Positions 22,819 through 32,808 of a stretch of 64,000 bases of DNA are shown here, piece by piece. Every line of letters starts with the position of its first letter. Within the stretch, counting starts at the first letter, position 1. Below the pieces are notes generated by a model that ran no database searches, had not been told where the DNA came from, and worked only from the letters and a program-made list of their open reading frames with translations. Source of the stretch: Candidatus Micrarchaeota archaeon (GTDB taxonomy: Archaea; Micrarchaeota; Micrarchaeia; Micrarchaeales; CABMGC01); assembly GCA_021818995.1 (NCBI GenBank), contig JAKASP010000001.1:157381-221380 (forward strand), read 5' to 3'. Position numbers and translations under genes: made by a program.

Positions 22819-25170
22819 ATGGAAAAAGAAGAAGAGGAACTGAAGGTCGAGGGTACGCAGATAGTGGGCATACCGAAGGAAACGCTCGACTTCTTCAAAG
22901 GAGATGAGATCCGAGCCAGGGTCTTCTACGAGAAGTACGCGCTCAAGGACGAGAAGGGCACAGTGCTAGAGAAGTTGCCAACCGAGATGTGGGAAAGGAT
23001 ATCGCACGAGCTCGCAGGCGTTGAGACAGATGACGCGAAGAGGAGCGAGTGGCACGAGAAGTTCATGTGGCTGCTCCAGAACTTCAGGTTCGTGCCCGGC
23101 GGGAGGATCATGTTCGGAGCCGGAGCGAAGAAGAGGGCGACGCTGCTCAACTGCTATGTCATCCCGGTCAAGGAGGACTCGATAGAGGGCATATTCGACT
23201 GGTGCAAGGAGGCCGCGAGGACGTACAGCCTCGGCGGAGGAGTCGGCACTGACATCAGCGTTCTCAGGCCAAGAGGCTCGCGCGTGAACAACAGCGCCAT
23301 CTTCTCGAGCGGAGCCGTATCGTTCATGGAGATAATGAGCGAGACCACGCACACGATAGGCCAGAACGGCAGGCGCGGCGCGCTGATGATAACGATAAGC
23401 GTAGACCATCCTGACGTCATCGAGTTTGTCAAGGTCAAGCAGAACCTGAAGAAGGTGAGGTACGCGAACGTCAGCATACGCATAACCGACGAGTTCATGC
23501 GGGCGGTTGAGGCTGACACCGACTTTGCTCTTAGGTTTGAGGGGCCGAAGACCGGGAAGATAGAGAGGCACGTGAAGGCCAGGGCGCTATGGAACGAGCT
23601 GGTCAAGACCGCGAGGGACTGGGCGGAACCTGGACTCATATTCTGGGACACGGTGAAGCGTTTCTCTCCGAGCGAGTACAACGGAATGGAGGTCATAACC
23701 ACGAACCCGTGCAGCGAGCAGCCTCTGCAACCATACGGCGCATGCGATCTCGGCAGCCTGAACCTTTCTGCGTTTGTGCTCGACGCCTTTACCGACAACG
23801 CGCGGGTCGACTGGGCCAGCCTGGAGAAGGCGACGCGCTACTCCATGCGCTTCCTGGACAACGTGCTAGACTACAATTCGGACAGGCACCCGCTCAAGAT
23901 GCAGTCCGATGCTGTTGGCAAGAGCAGGAGGACAGGCCTGGGCGTGACCGGCCTCGGGGACATGCTCGCAAAGCTGAGGATAAAGTACGACAGCGAAGCC
24001 TCGCTCCAGTTCGTCGAGAAGCTCTTCTCTGCGATAGAGAACGCGGCTTACGATGAGAGCACGGAGATAGCGAAGGAGAAGGGCCCGTTCCCTCTCTTCG
24101 ACAAGGAGAAGCACCTATCGATGCCATTCATCAGGACGCTCAACGAGGGCCTAAGGCAGAAGATCGCTGACAACGGATTGAGGAATGTGGCACTGCTGAC
24201 GATACCGCCCGTGGGAAGCGGATCCGTGCTCGCCGGCACATCGAGCGGCATAGAACCGATATTCGCATTCAGCTACACGCGAAGGAGCGAGTCGCTGAGC
24301 AAGGAGTTCTTCAAGGTATACCATCCGCTCGTGCTGGAGTACATGCAGGTCGCCGGGCTGAAGGACGACGCCAAGCTCCCTGACTTCTTCGTCCCTGCCC
24401 ATCAGATAAAGGCCGAGTTCAGGGTAAGGCTCCAGGGAATAATCCAGAAGCACATAGACAGCGCGATCTCCTCAACGGTCAACCTGCCTGAGAACACGAC
24501 CGTAGAGCAGGTGGGCGACATCTACATGATGGCGTGGAAGGCGGGCTGCAAGGGCATAACAGTATATAGGGAGGGCTCGCGCGAAGGCATACTGATAAGC
24601 GACGAGGAGGAAAAGAAGAAGGAAGCGGTGAAGGCCGCGGAAAGCGAGTGGAAGAGGCCGCAGGCGATGATTGGCAAGACGGTCCACCTGAAGATGCAGC
24701 AGACCTCCCTTTACGTAACGGTCAATTATGACGAGAGCAACAAGATACGGGAAGTGTTCGTCAACATGGGGCATACGGGAAGCCAGGAGAAGAGCTACAC
24801 AGAGGCGATTGGCAGGCTGATAAGCAGGTACCTGCAGCTCAACGGAGACATAACAGCTGTGCTCCAGAGCCTCAAGGGCATAAAGGCGAACGACGCCATA
24901 GCCTGGGACCGCGGGATAAAGCTGTACAGCGTGCCTGACGCCATCGCCAAGGCGCTGGAGATAGCGATGGGCATAACCAACTTCAAAGCTGCACCGCTTT
25001 CCGAGCACGGGAAGCAGGAGGAGCAGCCATCGGATGGGAAGCAGATGGGCGTGCATGGAAGCGACAGCGCGATAAAGCCGGAGGTATGCCCTGAGTGCAG
25101 CGAGCCAATGCTCGTCTACGAGAGCGGATGCTACACATGCAAGAACTGCGGATACACAAAGTGCGCGTGA
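22819..25170 (+). CDS. nrdJ: ribonucleotide reductase, class II (B12-dependent) type with a C-terminal zinc ribbon
   Basis: It has a GGRIMFGAG-type N-domain, TNPCSEQPLQPYGACDLGSLNLS (radical Cys loop), SSTVNLP, and the tail CPECSEPMLVYESGCYTCKNCGYTKC. No intein is present. The upstream GTG at 22753 is possible, but the ATG at 22819 follows a TATA-like ttttttataataa. Confidence 0.9.
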   Translation: MEKEEEELKVEGTQIVGIPKETLDFFKGDEIRARVFYEKYALKDEKGTVLEKLPTEMWERISHELAGVETDDAKRSEWHEKFMWLLQNFRFVPGGRIMFGAGAKKRATLLNCYVIPVKEDSIEGIFDWCKEAARTYSLGGGVGTDISVLRPRGSRVNNSAIFSSGAVSFMEIMSETTHTIGQNGRRGALMITISVDHPDVIEFVKVKQNLKKVRYANVSIRITDEFMRAVEADTDFALRFEGPKTGKIERHVKARALWNELVKTARDWAEPGLIFWDTVKRFSPSEYNGMEVITTNPCSEQPLQPYGACDLGSLNLSAFVLDAFTDNARVDWASLEKATRYSMRFLDNVLDYNSDRHPLKMQSDAVGKSRRTGLGVTGLGDMLAKLRIKYDSEASLQFVEKLFSAIENAAYDESTEIAKEKGPFPLFDKEKHLSMPFIRTLNEGLRQKIADNGLRNVALLTIPPVGSGSVLAGTSSGIEPIFAFSYTRRSESLSKEFFKVYHPLVLEYMQVAGLKDDAKLPDFFVPAHQIKAEFRVRLQGIIQKHIDSAISSTVNLPENTTVEQVGDIYMMAWKAGCKGITVYREGSREGILISDEEEKKKEAVKAAESEWKRPQAMIGKTVHLKMQQTSLYVTVNYDESNKIREVFVNMGHTGSQEKSYTEAIGRLISRYLQLNGDITAVLQSLKGIKANDAIAWDRGIKLYSVPDAIAKALEIAMGITNFKAAPLSEHGKQEEQPSDGKQMGVHGSDSAIKPEVCPECSEPMLVYESGCYTCKNCGYTKCA

Positions 25171-25174
25171 TTAT

Positions 25175-25489
25175 ATGAGCACGAGGGTCGTCTCGGAGAA
25201 GGAGTTCAACGAGAGCGCGGCGAAGGTCTTCCTGAACGCAAGCGGAAGGGCGAGGACTACGGTCAGGCTTGAGGATTTCGAGAACCTGCAGAACAGGTTC
25301 AGCGGCCTTCCCGGAATCGACAAGAGGCTTGTTTTCTACAGCACGTGCGGTGAGACGGGGATAGAGGTGCACGGCGTGGGAAAGAACGACACCGAGGTAT
25401 ATGTGGTAGACACGCTGCACAAGGAGCTCCACCACCTGCTTGGAATAGTGGGGCGCGATATAGACAGGAGCCGCATGGGCTGCACCTGA
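25175..25489 (+). CDS. hypothetical protein downstream of the RNR
   Basis: 104-aa ORF starting 5 nt after the nrdJ stop. No family recognised. Confidence 0.45.
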   Translation: MSTRVVSEKEFNESAAKVFLNASGRARTTVRLEDFENLQNRFSGLPGIDKRLVFYSTCGETGIEVHGVGKNDTEVYVVDTLHKELHHLLGIVGRDIDRSRMGCT

Positions 25490-25490
25490 G

Positions 25491-25976
25491 CTACGTCACC
25501 TTAGAGATTAGCTGCCCTATGATCGTGTGCGGGAACCCGCTCGTGGTCTCAGTATAGTTGACGGTCAGGTAACCGGAGAACGTCGAGCCAGGGTTTGCGG
25601 AGAAAGTGCTCGCTCCGGCCCAGCACTGCACGCTGAACGTGAGGTTCGCGCCTATCTGCATCTTTATCTGGTTCGTCGGAGGGTTTAGCGGTATGGACAT
25701 GTGAGCAACAGTGTTGTTCGCGTTGCAGCCGTATGCGGTTATGTTTATCGGCGTGGTGGTTGCCTGGAGCAGGTTTATCGATGCTAGGCCGTTGCTCGCC
25801 ACGAAGACGCTCACGCATGAGAGCCCGGCAGGGAGTATACACTGCGAGGTGACTACGCTGCTCGGGTTGAAGAGTCCGAGGGAGAAGAGGACAACTAGCA
25901 CGAGCGCGATTACAAGAAGGGCCCAGCTGTAGGTCATGAGGTACTCCATTGCCGACTGAAGCCTTAGGGGTCGCAT
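25491..25976 (-). CDS. archaeal type IV pilin-like protein
   Basis: The N-terminus MRPLRLQSAMEYLMTYSWALLVIALVLVVLFSLGLF matches the common archaeal prepilin motif (R-x-Q-S-A-M-E-Y-L-x-T-Y-x-W-A). The remainder is a Thr/Asn-rich beta domain. Confidence 0.7.
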   Translation of the reverse strand: MRPLRLQSAMEYLMTYSWALLVIALVLVVLFSLGLFNPSSVVTSQCILPAGLSCVSVFVASNGLASINLLQATTTPINITAYGCNANNTVAHMSIPLNPPTNQIKMQIGANLTFSVQCWAGASTFSANPGSTFSGYLTVNYTETTSGFPHTIIGQLISKVT

Positions 25977-26032
25977 GATACCTATGCTACGGATACCCTT
26001 TTAAGATTTTTATTGCAAGTGATTTCGATTGA

Positions 26033-26740
26033 ATGTTCATTCCCTTTCTACTCCAGGACGCTTCTACATACGTAACCGCCGGTTCTGTATACACGGAGAA
26101 CACCATAGTCGTGCTGATCACCCTGCTGATGATACTGGCGCTGTCTGTGCAGATAGCCAGGAACTACTTCCTGAGGATACTGCGGAAGTTCACGCTGAGG
26201 CTTGCAGCCGATATCTGGTGGCTTGTGTACGTGCTGCTTCGCGACGCCAGCATATTCCTTGTAGTGTTCCTCGGCTTCCTGCTTTTCTGGCCTGCAATCT
26301 ACCAGGATTTCCCGATAGCAGTGCCATTTGAGCCGCTTGCCATAGACTTCTACGCGATGGCGCTGGTCCTCATGCTCGTGGTGGACACCGACGAGGTGCC
26401 GTTCTACAACAGCCTGATGACAATACTCGTTCTCATCGGCACTGTGCTCTACATAACTGGCGTGATCTTCGTAACTGAGAGCGCGACCGCGCTTCCCGTG
26501 CTTCCTGCCACGGTATCGATGGCGTCGACCAACATATGGGGCTACTTCAATGCCAACTTCAACTCGATCAACAACCCCGACCTTTCAATATACACGTTCT
26601 ACGTGACGTTCGGCATACTCTCGCTCTGCGGGCTGGCGGCAATACTTTACTCGTTCAAGGGAGGAATATTGAACAGGCTGATAGAACCGAAGCCAAAGCC
26701 GGCTGTGAAGGAGACGGTAAACCCGCCGCAAGCGAAGTGA
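26033..26740 (+). CDS. polytopic membrane protein, unknown function
   Basis: 235 aa with about six hydrophobic helices. The next gene, a ferredoxin, starts 7 nt downstream, so the two may form an operon. Confidence 0.55.
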   Translation: MFIPFLLQDASTYVTAGSVYTENTIVVLITLLMILALSVQIARNYFLRILRKFTLRLAADIWWLVYVLLRDASIFLVVFLGFLLFWPAIYQDFPIAVPFEPLAIDFYAMALVLMLVVDTDEVPFYNSLMTILVLIGTVLYITGVIFVTESATALPVLPATVSMASTNIWGYFNANFNSINNPDLSIYTFYVTFGILSLCGLAAILYSFKGGILNRLIEPKPKPAVKETVNPPQAK

Positions 26741-26746
26741 GGCTGC

Positions 26747-27202
26747 ATGCCTTTCAAGTACACGTTCGATGACAACAAGTGCATACAGTGCGGAATCTGC
26801 GGCGACGTCTGCCCTGTGAATGCGCTCGATTTTACAAGACCTAGGCACAAGAACGTGGAGGACGCGAGGGGACAGCCGCCTTCAGCAGAGGACATGACCG
26901 AGTATCCGATACAGGTGGACAAATGCATAGGCTGCATGATCTGTCCCACGGAGTGCCCGGTTTCGTGCATTGAGATAATTTCGGTGCCGAAGGAGCCAAA
27001 GTACCACTCTAAGCAGGGGCCGATGCTCACCGAGGAACCGACGAAGGACGAGTTCTCGCTCTCGAAGTACACAAAGATAAGGCCCACGAAGGCGAAGGTC
27101 AAGGATCCGTGGGGCAACGAGTGGCACTACATACCGCATACGGGCCCGAGAGCTACTAAGAAGCCGTCTGAAGTTTGGGAGAAGCATGAAGAGATGGATT
27201 AG
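26747..27202 (+). CDS. 2x[4Fe-4S] ferredoxin-domain protein
   Basis: It has the two motifs CIQCGICGDVCP and CIGCMICPTECP, followed by a basic C-terminal extension. Confidence 0.8.
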   Translation: MPFKYTFDDNKCIQCGICGDVCPVNALDFTRPRHKNVEDARGQPPSAEDMTEYPIQVDKCIGCMICPTECPVSCIEIISVPKEPKYHSKQGPMLTEEPTKDEFSLSKYTKIRPTKAKVKDPWGNEWHYIPHTGPRATKKPSEVWEKHEEMD

Positions 27203-27213
27203 CGGTGCTATGA

Positions 27214-27810
27214 ATGAGTACTGTGATTATTGTTCATGGTTGGGCCGGGAATTCGGAAAGCGGCTGGCTGCCTTGGCTCTCTGAAGAGCTAAGGAACAGG
27301 AATGTTGAAGTGATAACGCCTGACATGCCTGATACAAACACACCGAGAATCGAGTCCTGGGTGCCTTTTCTTGCGGGGCTCGTAAAGGAAGCGAACGAAA
27401 ACCTGTATTTCGTTGGCCACAGCATGGGATGCCTGACCATCATGAGGTACTTGCAAAACCTACCTGAGAACGATAAGGTAGGAGGCGTCGTGTTTGTTGC
27501 GGGGTTCAGCAAAACACTTACGGGGTTGAGCGATGCCGAGGTGCTCGTAGCGAAACCCTGGTTAGAAACGCCGGTGGATTGGGCACATGTCGTGTCTCAT
27601 TGCAGCTCGTTCGTTGACATATATTCTGACGACGACCCATTTGTGCCTGTGAGTGAAGCGCAGATTCTAAAAGACAAACTTAATGCGAAGCTTGTTTTGG
27701 ACTCTGGCAGGGGGCATTTCACAGATGAAGATGACGTGACGCAGTTGCCTGTTGTGCTGAACGAGCTTCTTGTAGTAATGGGCTTGCCGGTTGATACGAC
27801 GCTCATTTAG
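27214..27810 (+). CDS. serine hydrolase, YdeN/RBBP9-like alpha/beta fold
   Basis: IIVHGWAGNSESGWLPWL, the nucleophile elbow GHSMGC, a late D (SDDDPFVP) and GHF. The size (198 aa) fits the family. The DNA is visibly more AT-rich. Confidence 0.7.
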   Translation: MSTVIIVHGWAGNSESGWLPWLSEELRNRNVEVITPDMPDTNTPRIESWVPFLAGLVKEANENLYFVGHSMGCLTIMRYLQNLPENDKVGGVVFVAGFSKTLTGLSDAEVLVAKPWLETPVDWAHVVSHCSSFVDIYSDDDPFVPVSEAQILKDKLNAKLVLDSGRGHFTDEDDVTQLPVVLNELLVVMGLPVDTTLI

Positions 27811-28699
27811 TGACTATAGAACATGAGTCCTTCTCCACTATAACCTCCTTCTCCGCCTGCGCAACCATCCCTCCACTCCTTTCAACGAGCGTCGGGAACG
27901 ATTCTATCACGCCGAAGGAGTTGAGCTCGTTGAGCGCCTTCCTTATACCGAACTCTGAAGGGAACTCCTTGGAGAGCCATCTGATTGAGAACGGGTACGT
28001 GACATAGTTCTTGTCTATACTTTCTGAGATTCTCCTTGTTTCTGGAGACCTCGTGCTCGCGCCGCCTGTCTTCTGGAAGATCTGCACCGTGTCGCTGTCT
28101 GTTACAAAGCCCTCGCCGGTGGTTATGAACGTCTCTACCGCAATTACCTGGCCCTCCTCGAGCTTCGTTGTATCGCCATTGTCGAAATTGGGTATGAAGA
28201 TGCTTGCGTGCAGCTCCTCGCGCTCTATCGCGTGACCGCCAAGATTCCTTATCGGCTCGAATCCTTTCTTCTTTGCGAGCTGCTCGACCTCTCTACCTAT
28301 CGAGTTGAGTTCGGTGCCTGCCTTGACCTTGCTGAGCGCGGCTTCAAGGGTTTGCTCTGCCGTTTCGATGAGTTGCGCGTACTTCCCCGAGAGGTCGACG
28401 CATACGGCGCAGTCTCCGAGCACGTCTCCAGAGCGCGCGCCCAGATCAACCTTGACCAGATCATTATCGGCGAACTGCAGCGCGTCGTTTATCGTTGCGG
28501 TATAGTGTGCTGCCCGCTCGTTGATTGAGATGTTGACAGGAAAAGCTGGCGCCATTCCCTTGCCTCTTATGAACTCCTCTGCCTTCTCGCAGACGTCATA
28601 GACTTTTGCACCGACTTTCACCAGGCCCTTCGCGTACTGCAGCGCCTCGTACGAGACCTTGCCCACTTCCTTCAACTTTTCGTAATCGTAATCCTGCAT
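27803..28699 (-). CDS. map: methionine aminopeptidase, archaeal type 2
   Basis: AFPVNISINERAAHYT, VKVDLGARSGDVLGDCA, NLGGHAIE and IAVETFITTG carry the pita-bread metal ligands in the expected order. Confidence 0.9.
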   Translation of the reverse strand: MQDYDYEKLKEVGKVSYEALQYAKGLVKVGAKVYDVCEKAEEFIRGKGMAPAFPVNISINERAAHYTATINDALQFADNDLVKVDLGARSGDVLGDCAVCVDLSGKYAQLIETAEQTLEAALSKVKAGTELNSIGREVEQLAKKKGFEPIRNLGGHAIEREELHASIFIPNFDNGDTTKLEEGQVIAVETFITTGEGFVTDSDTVQIFQKTGGASTRSPETRRISESIDKNYVTYPFSIRWLSKEFPSEFGIRKALNELNSFGVIESFPTLVERSGGMVAQAEKEVIVEKDSCSIVTK

Positions 28700-28703
28700 G
28701 CGA

Positions 28704-31145
28704 TCAGCCTCCGAGCCTCTTCTGCGCGCCGCCGCCCTTCAGCTCCTCCTCGTTTATACCTAGCTCCTTGAGTATCTTTAACGTTGCTGGTAGGACTTGG
28801 TGGTCTATGTAGTACTCGGGATCATAGTCCTTCGCGGTCTCCTCTATCTCAGCCCTCTCGCTTATGCTGTTGCCATGCTTTGTTATCACGTAGCCTATTG
28901 CGGCACCTTCCAGCTCGTCCCTGCGCTTCGCCCCGCTCTGCATCGCCTTCTTAGCTGCAGCGAGCTCCGGGCTCTTTATGTCGTAGCTGCCTATGCCCTT
29001 CCTAAGCTGCGTGTGTATCACGAGCTCGCTCATGGGCATCTTCCCGCTCTTCAGCCTGTTGACCACGTCCTTGATTATCGAAACTGCCTTCTCCTTGCTT
29101 CCCTCCTTGAGTATCGCCTCAAGAACCGCGTGCTGCGTGTCCCTTGCGACCTTGGACCAGTCCCTCCTCACGAGCTCGAATCCCCTGATCTTTATCCTTC
29201 CGGATTCTGAGAGCATCGCGTACTTCTTCTTGGCGCCGCTGCCTCCCGCCACAGCTCCGCGCTTGCCCACGAATACGCCCCTTGTGTAGAAATCCTCAAG
29301 CTCAAGTTCCATTGTGTTTGGCAGCGACTTGTTAACGCCTTTCAGGAAATCGTCTGCATCACTCTTCGTCTTGCCGCTCATCAGGAGGAAGACAGAGTCT
29401 GTGTCGCTGTACAGCGCCTTGAATCCTGCCCTCTCGGCCTGGTCTATGGTGCTCATGATGAACTGCCTAGCGAAAGCGGTAACGCTGGCCGCCGCTTCCC
29501 TAGAGTACCACCTCGAGCGGGCGTAGCCGAGATAGCCGTAGAACGCGTTTGCCACTATCTTCAATGCCGTGGACCTTGCGGCCAGGGACTTGCTGTCAGG
29601 ATTCTTCTTGAACGCCTTCTTCGCCTCGGTTCGCTCGTCTATCAGCATCTTGAGCAGCTTGGGCATCAGGCCGTCCCTGTCCTTCCTGAACTTCGTTCCT
29701 GTAGGTGACTGGTAGAAGGCGCCGCATTCGGTGCAGATCGTTGAAAGGTCGATGTTGTGCGCGATTATTATCGAAGGGTACAGTCCTCGGAAGTCGAAGA
29801 CCGCGATGTTCTCGTATATCCCGGCTTCGGGAGTTTTGACATACGCGCCCTCGTAGGGGTTCGCTAGCCTCATCGATATCTCGCCTTCGTTGGGCTTGTT
29901 TGGTATCATCTGTTTTCGCTCCTGCGCGTATCCCATCAGCATGAACTCTACCAGCTGGCTTGTAGTAGATATGCTTGCCTCGCCCATCGTCGTCCTTGCA
30001 ACCTTCGACATCTCCAGCTCTATTGGTAAAAAGAATTTGTAGAGCTCCTCTACAGCGAGCGAGTCCGCGAGCGAGTACTCAGCAAGCTCCTCCACATCCC
30101 TCCCGCCGCGGTCCCACTGCTCCCATATGCTGCCCTTGTCAACCATCTTCTTGTTCGATCCCGTTATCGCCCTGTAGACCTCAGGCAGCTTGAAGTTGTT
30201 GACCTTGATCACCTTCTCCGATGCGCCGACCACAGCCACGAACCTGGCCACGTTGTAGAGATCAAGGTTTATCCTGCCAGGTATGCGCACCGCCTCTATG
30301 AGTCCGTGGTGCTCCATCTTCACGTCGCCCTCCTCGTGCCTCGCGATCTTGAACTCGACCTTCTGCACCTCGGCGCGCTTCATCAAATACGGGATGTCGA
30401 AGACGGATGTGTTGTAACCTGTTATGATGTCAGGATCTATCCTCCTAATCGCATCTACGAACTCCTGCAGCATCTCCTTCTCGTTCTTGCACGTGTGCAC
30501 GAACCCCTTGTCTATCTTCTTCGTTGTCAGCACGCGCTTCTCCTTGCCGTCCGTGTAGCTGATCATGATGACCGGATCCTTCAGCTCGTTCGGTATGCCG
30601 AGCGGGTTGTAGGTCTCGATGTCGAAGCAGAGGTAGGTTAGCGGTATCTCGCTCTGCTTCTCGCTGCTCGATATCTTGTCTATTACTAGGTCGCCGTCCT
30701 GTTCGTGTGCCTTGACCTTGTTCACAGAAAGCGGCGAGAGCCCCTTGTCTATCAGGTACCTCTTCCAGAAGACTATGTCGGACTCGTAGCAGGTGCCGAA
30801 CTCCGAGAAGACCTCGCTCATCTTGGGCACGTTCCTGGGGCTCTCAAGGTATATGCGGAATGCCTTCTTCTCGTCCCTGCCGACAAGAAGCTTTGCCTCT
30901 TCGACCGACCTGACACCCACTTCCTCGTTCTCCTTGGTCAACACCTTGATGCCTTCGAGCGGCTTCGGCTCCTGGTTCTCGCGAGCAGGCACCAGATAGA
31001 AGTAGGGATAGAAGCCTGGGTCGAGGAGGTTGTAGACCTTGTCCTTTGTCTTGAGCGTAATCCTGATTATGCCGCGGCTGCCCCTGAGCACGTAGCTCGC
31101 GTCAAGGATAACTCCCTCGAGTTCGATCTCCCCCATAAGGATCAA
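28704..31145 (-). CDS. polB: family B DNA polymerase
   Basis: 813 aa. It has Exo I FDIETYN, Exo II-like ITGYNTSVFDIPYL, Pol A FDFRGLYPSIII, KxxxNAFYGY (KIVANAFYGYLG) and Pol C YSDTDSVF. No intein is present. Confidence 0.95.
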   Translation of the reverse strand: MILMGEIELEGVILDASYVLRGSRGIIRITLKTKDKVYNLLDPGFYPYFYLVPARENQEPKPLEGIKVLTKENEEVGVRSVEEAKLLVGRDEKKAFRIYLESPRNVPKMSEVFSEFGTCYESDIVFWKRYLIDKGLSPLSVNKVKAHEQDGDLVIDKISSSEKQSEIPLTYLCFDIETYNPLGIPNELKDPVIMISYTDGKEKRVLTTKKIDKGFVHTCKNEKEMLQEFVDAIRRIDPDIITGYNTSVFDIPYLMKRAEVQKVEFKIARHEEGDVKMEHHGLIEAVRIPGRINLDLYNVARFVAVVGASEKVIKVNNFKLPEVYRAITGSNKKMVDKGSIWEQWDRGGRDVEELAEYSLADSLAVEELYKFFLPIELEMSKVARTTMGEASISTTSQLVEFMLMGYAQERKQMIPNKPNEGEISMRLANPYEGAYVKTPEAGIYENIAVFDFRGLYPSIIIAHNIDLSTICTECGAFYQSPTGTKFRKDRDGLMPKLLKMLIDERTEAKKAFKKNPDSKSLAARSTALKIVANAFYGYLGYARSRWYSREAAASVTAFARQFIMSTIDQAERAGFKALYSDTDSVFLLMSGKTKSDADDFLKGVNKSLPNTMELELEDFYTRGVFVGKRGAVAGGSGAKKKYAMLSESGRIKIRGFELVRRDWSKVARDTQHAVLEAILKEGSKEKAVSIIKDVVNRLKSGKMPMSELVIHTQLRKGIGSYDIKSPELAAAKKAMQSGAKRRDELEGAAIGYVITKHGNSISERAEIEETAKDYDPEYYIDHQVLPATLKILKELGINEEELKGGGAQKRLGG

Positions 31146-31195
31146 GCAGCAAGTATGCTATGCTATTGGGAAATTCAGGAATAAAAGATTGCCTA

Positions 31196-31609
31196 TTACT
31201 TCTGGGGCCCTTCCTCCAGCTTCGCTCTTGTGAGCGGAAGCGGTGCGATCATTCCTATGGACCACGCGAGCAGCGTGCCCCTTGATGCGCACTCGAAGTT
31301 GAGTATGTTGATCAGGTCCTCTGCGAACTTCACCGGCAGGGTCTTCTTGCTCTTCCACGCCTCGTTGATCTGCGCAATCATCTCCTTCTCCTCCTTCGCG
31401 GTTATCGTGCCCTTTATCTTCAGGTCACCCACTGCCTTGTCTCCCTTTGAGCCGCCTTCGTACGCGGTTGTGAATGTGTACGCCACTTCCACGTCGCTGC
31501 CAGTGACCTTTACGTTGTCGAAGTTTATGTTGAACTTCATGTTCGTAATGGGGTCTGCTACTGGCCTGTGCGCTTCTACATCGTTTATTCCTATTCCTGT
31601 TATTGCCAT
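31196..31609 (-). CDS. hypothetical protein (possible SecB-like topology)
   Basis: 137-aa ORF with a beta-rich N-half followed by a helix. The segment LINILNFECASRGTLLAWSIGMIAPLPL is loosely reminiscent of the SecB PNILFPYARE...GFPPLNL region. This is a weak resemblance only. Confidence 0.45.
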   Translation of the reverse strand: MAITGIGINDVEAHRPVADPITNMKFNINFDNVKVTGSDVEVAYTFTTAYEGGSKGDKAVGDLKIKGTITAKEEKEMIAQINEAWKSKKTLPVKFAEDLINILNFECASRGTLLAWSIGMIAPLPLTRAKLEEGPQK

Positions 31610-31721
31610 GTCATCATTCCAATCTGTATTGCCTTCACTAAGTATTTATAGATTTCGCGATTGATTCAGCAAACAAAAGCCTTTATTAAATCATTTAAAC
31701 AAATGTTAAAACGGACACAAT

Positions 31722-32141
31722 ATGCCGAATAGAACCATATTGAACAAATATGGTTTATTTGTTTCGCAAATCCACAAAGTTCTCAAGAAAAAAGAAGCGG
31801 ACGGGGGCGATCTTCGAGTAATAAACATGGCGAGACTAGTGGCAACGCTATCATCTAACCACTCCTGGCGCATTTTCAGGTACCTGCACAACGGAGAGCC
31901 GTTCGACAAGGACGCAATACACGTGGAGATAGTCGCGGCATACAGGGAAGGCTGGAAGGAGATAAACGAGAACGACATAAAGGAGGTGCTTACAACTCCG
32001 ATAGAAGAGCATGCGTTCTCGATGGTGCTTACGTGCTGGCCGGAGAAGGACGAGCGGAAGACGTTCAAGGATCTCTTCGAGGAGCTGCAGCAGGAGTTCA
32101 TCGATGGCATCGAGCCGCTTGAGACCAGAGAACTAGTCTGA
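31722..32141 (+). CDS. hypothetical protein
   Basis: 139-aa ORF. The competing minus ORF 31706-32110 is Ser/Cys/Phe-biased and less plausible. No family recognised. Confidence 0.45.
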   Translation: MPNRTILNKYGLFVSQIHKVLKKKEADGGDLRVINMARLVATLSSNHSWRIFRYLHNGEPFDKDAIHVEIVAAYREGWKEINENDIKEVLTTPIEEHAFSMVLTCWPEKDERKTFKDLFEELQQEFIDGIEPLETRELV

Positions 32142-32187
32142 GCGGTTCTGTTCCTATTTATATTCCTTTAAATCAAACCCTAGTTGT

Positions 32188-32262
32188 GGGCATGTGGCGC
32201 AACTTGGATAGCGCACCTGGCTTCGGACCAGGGGGTTGCGGGTCCAAATCCCGTCATGCCCG
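32188..32262 (+). tRNA. tRNA-Arg (anticodon TCG)
   Basis: Acceptor GGGCATG/CATGCCC, D-arm GCGC-AACTTGGATA-GCGC, anticodon stem CCTGG/CCAGG with loop CTTCGGA, T-arm GCGGG-TCCAAAT-CCCGT. C is at position 55. Confidence 0.9.
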
Positions 32263-32271
32263 CGTGATGTT

Positions 32272-32802
32272 ATGAAGATCGCGATAGGCACGAACAACGA
32301 GTTGAAGGCCAAGGCAATAGAGGCAGCGCTGAGAAAGGTGTACCCAGAAGCTGAGGTGGTGAAGGTTGACGTTCCCTCAGGAGTGAAGGACAATCCAGTG
32401 GGAAGGGAGGAGGGAATGGTCGGCGCACTGAACAGGGCGAAGCGGGCCAGGGACAAGGCTGGCGCAGACATGGGAGTCGGACCCGAAGGGATAACGGAGA
32501 CCACTGCGTACGGCAGCTTCGTCTATGGATGGGTCGCCATTGTTGACACAAGCGGAAGGGTCGGATTCGGTGCGAGCGCGCAGGTGATGCTTCCTGCTGC
32601 GGTTGAGGAACGCGTGCTGGGCGCGCACATGACCATGGACCAGGCCATGTCAGAGATTTCGAAAAAGACGAAGGACGAGATACGCTTCAAGCACGGAACC
32701 AATGGCGTTCTTACCAACGGGATGTATGATAGGGAGAAGGAGTTCCGGGACGCCACGATATGCGCTCTGGCGCGGTTCGTGTCGGATTACTACAAGGAGT
32801 GA
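32272..32802 (+). CDS. non-canonical purine NTP phosphatase (YjjX / DUF84-like inosine-xanthosine triphosphatase)
   Basis: MKIAIGTNNELKAKAI...VDVPSGVKDNPVG..EGMVGALNRA...GVGPEGI fits the YjjX-type NTPase. The ORF-track start at 32236 lies inside the tRNA, so the ATG at 32272 is used. Confidence 0.7.
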   Translation: MKIAIGTNNELKAKAIEAALRKVYPEAEVVKVDVPSGVKDNPVGREEGMVGALNRAKRARDKAGADMGVGPEGITETTAYGSFVYGWVAIVDTSGRVGFGASAQVMLPAAVEERVLGAHMTMDQAMSEISKKTKDEIRFKHGTNGVLTNGMYDREKEFRDATICALARFVSDYYKE

Positions 32803-32808
32803 GATTGG

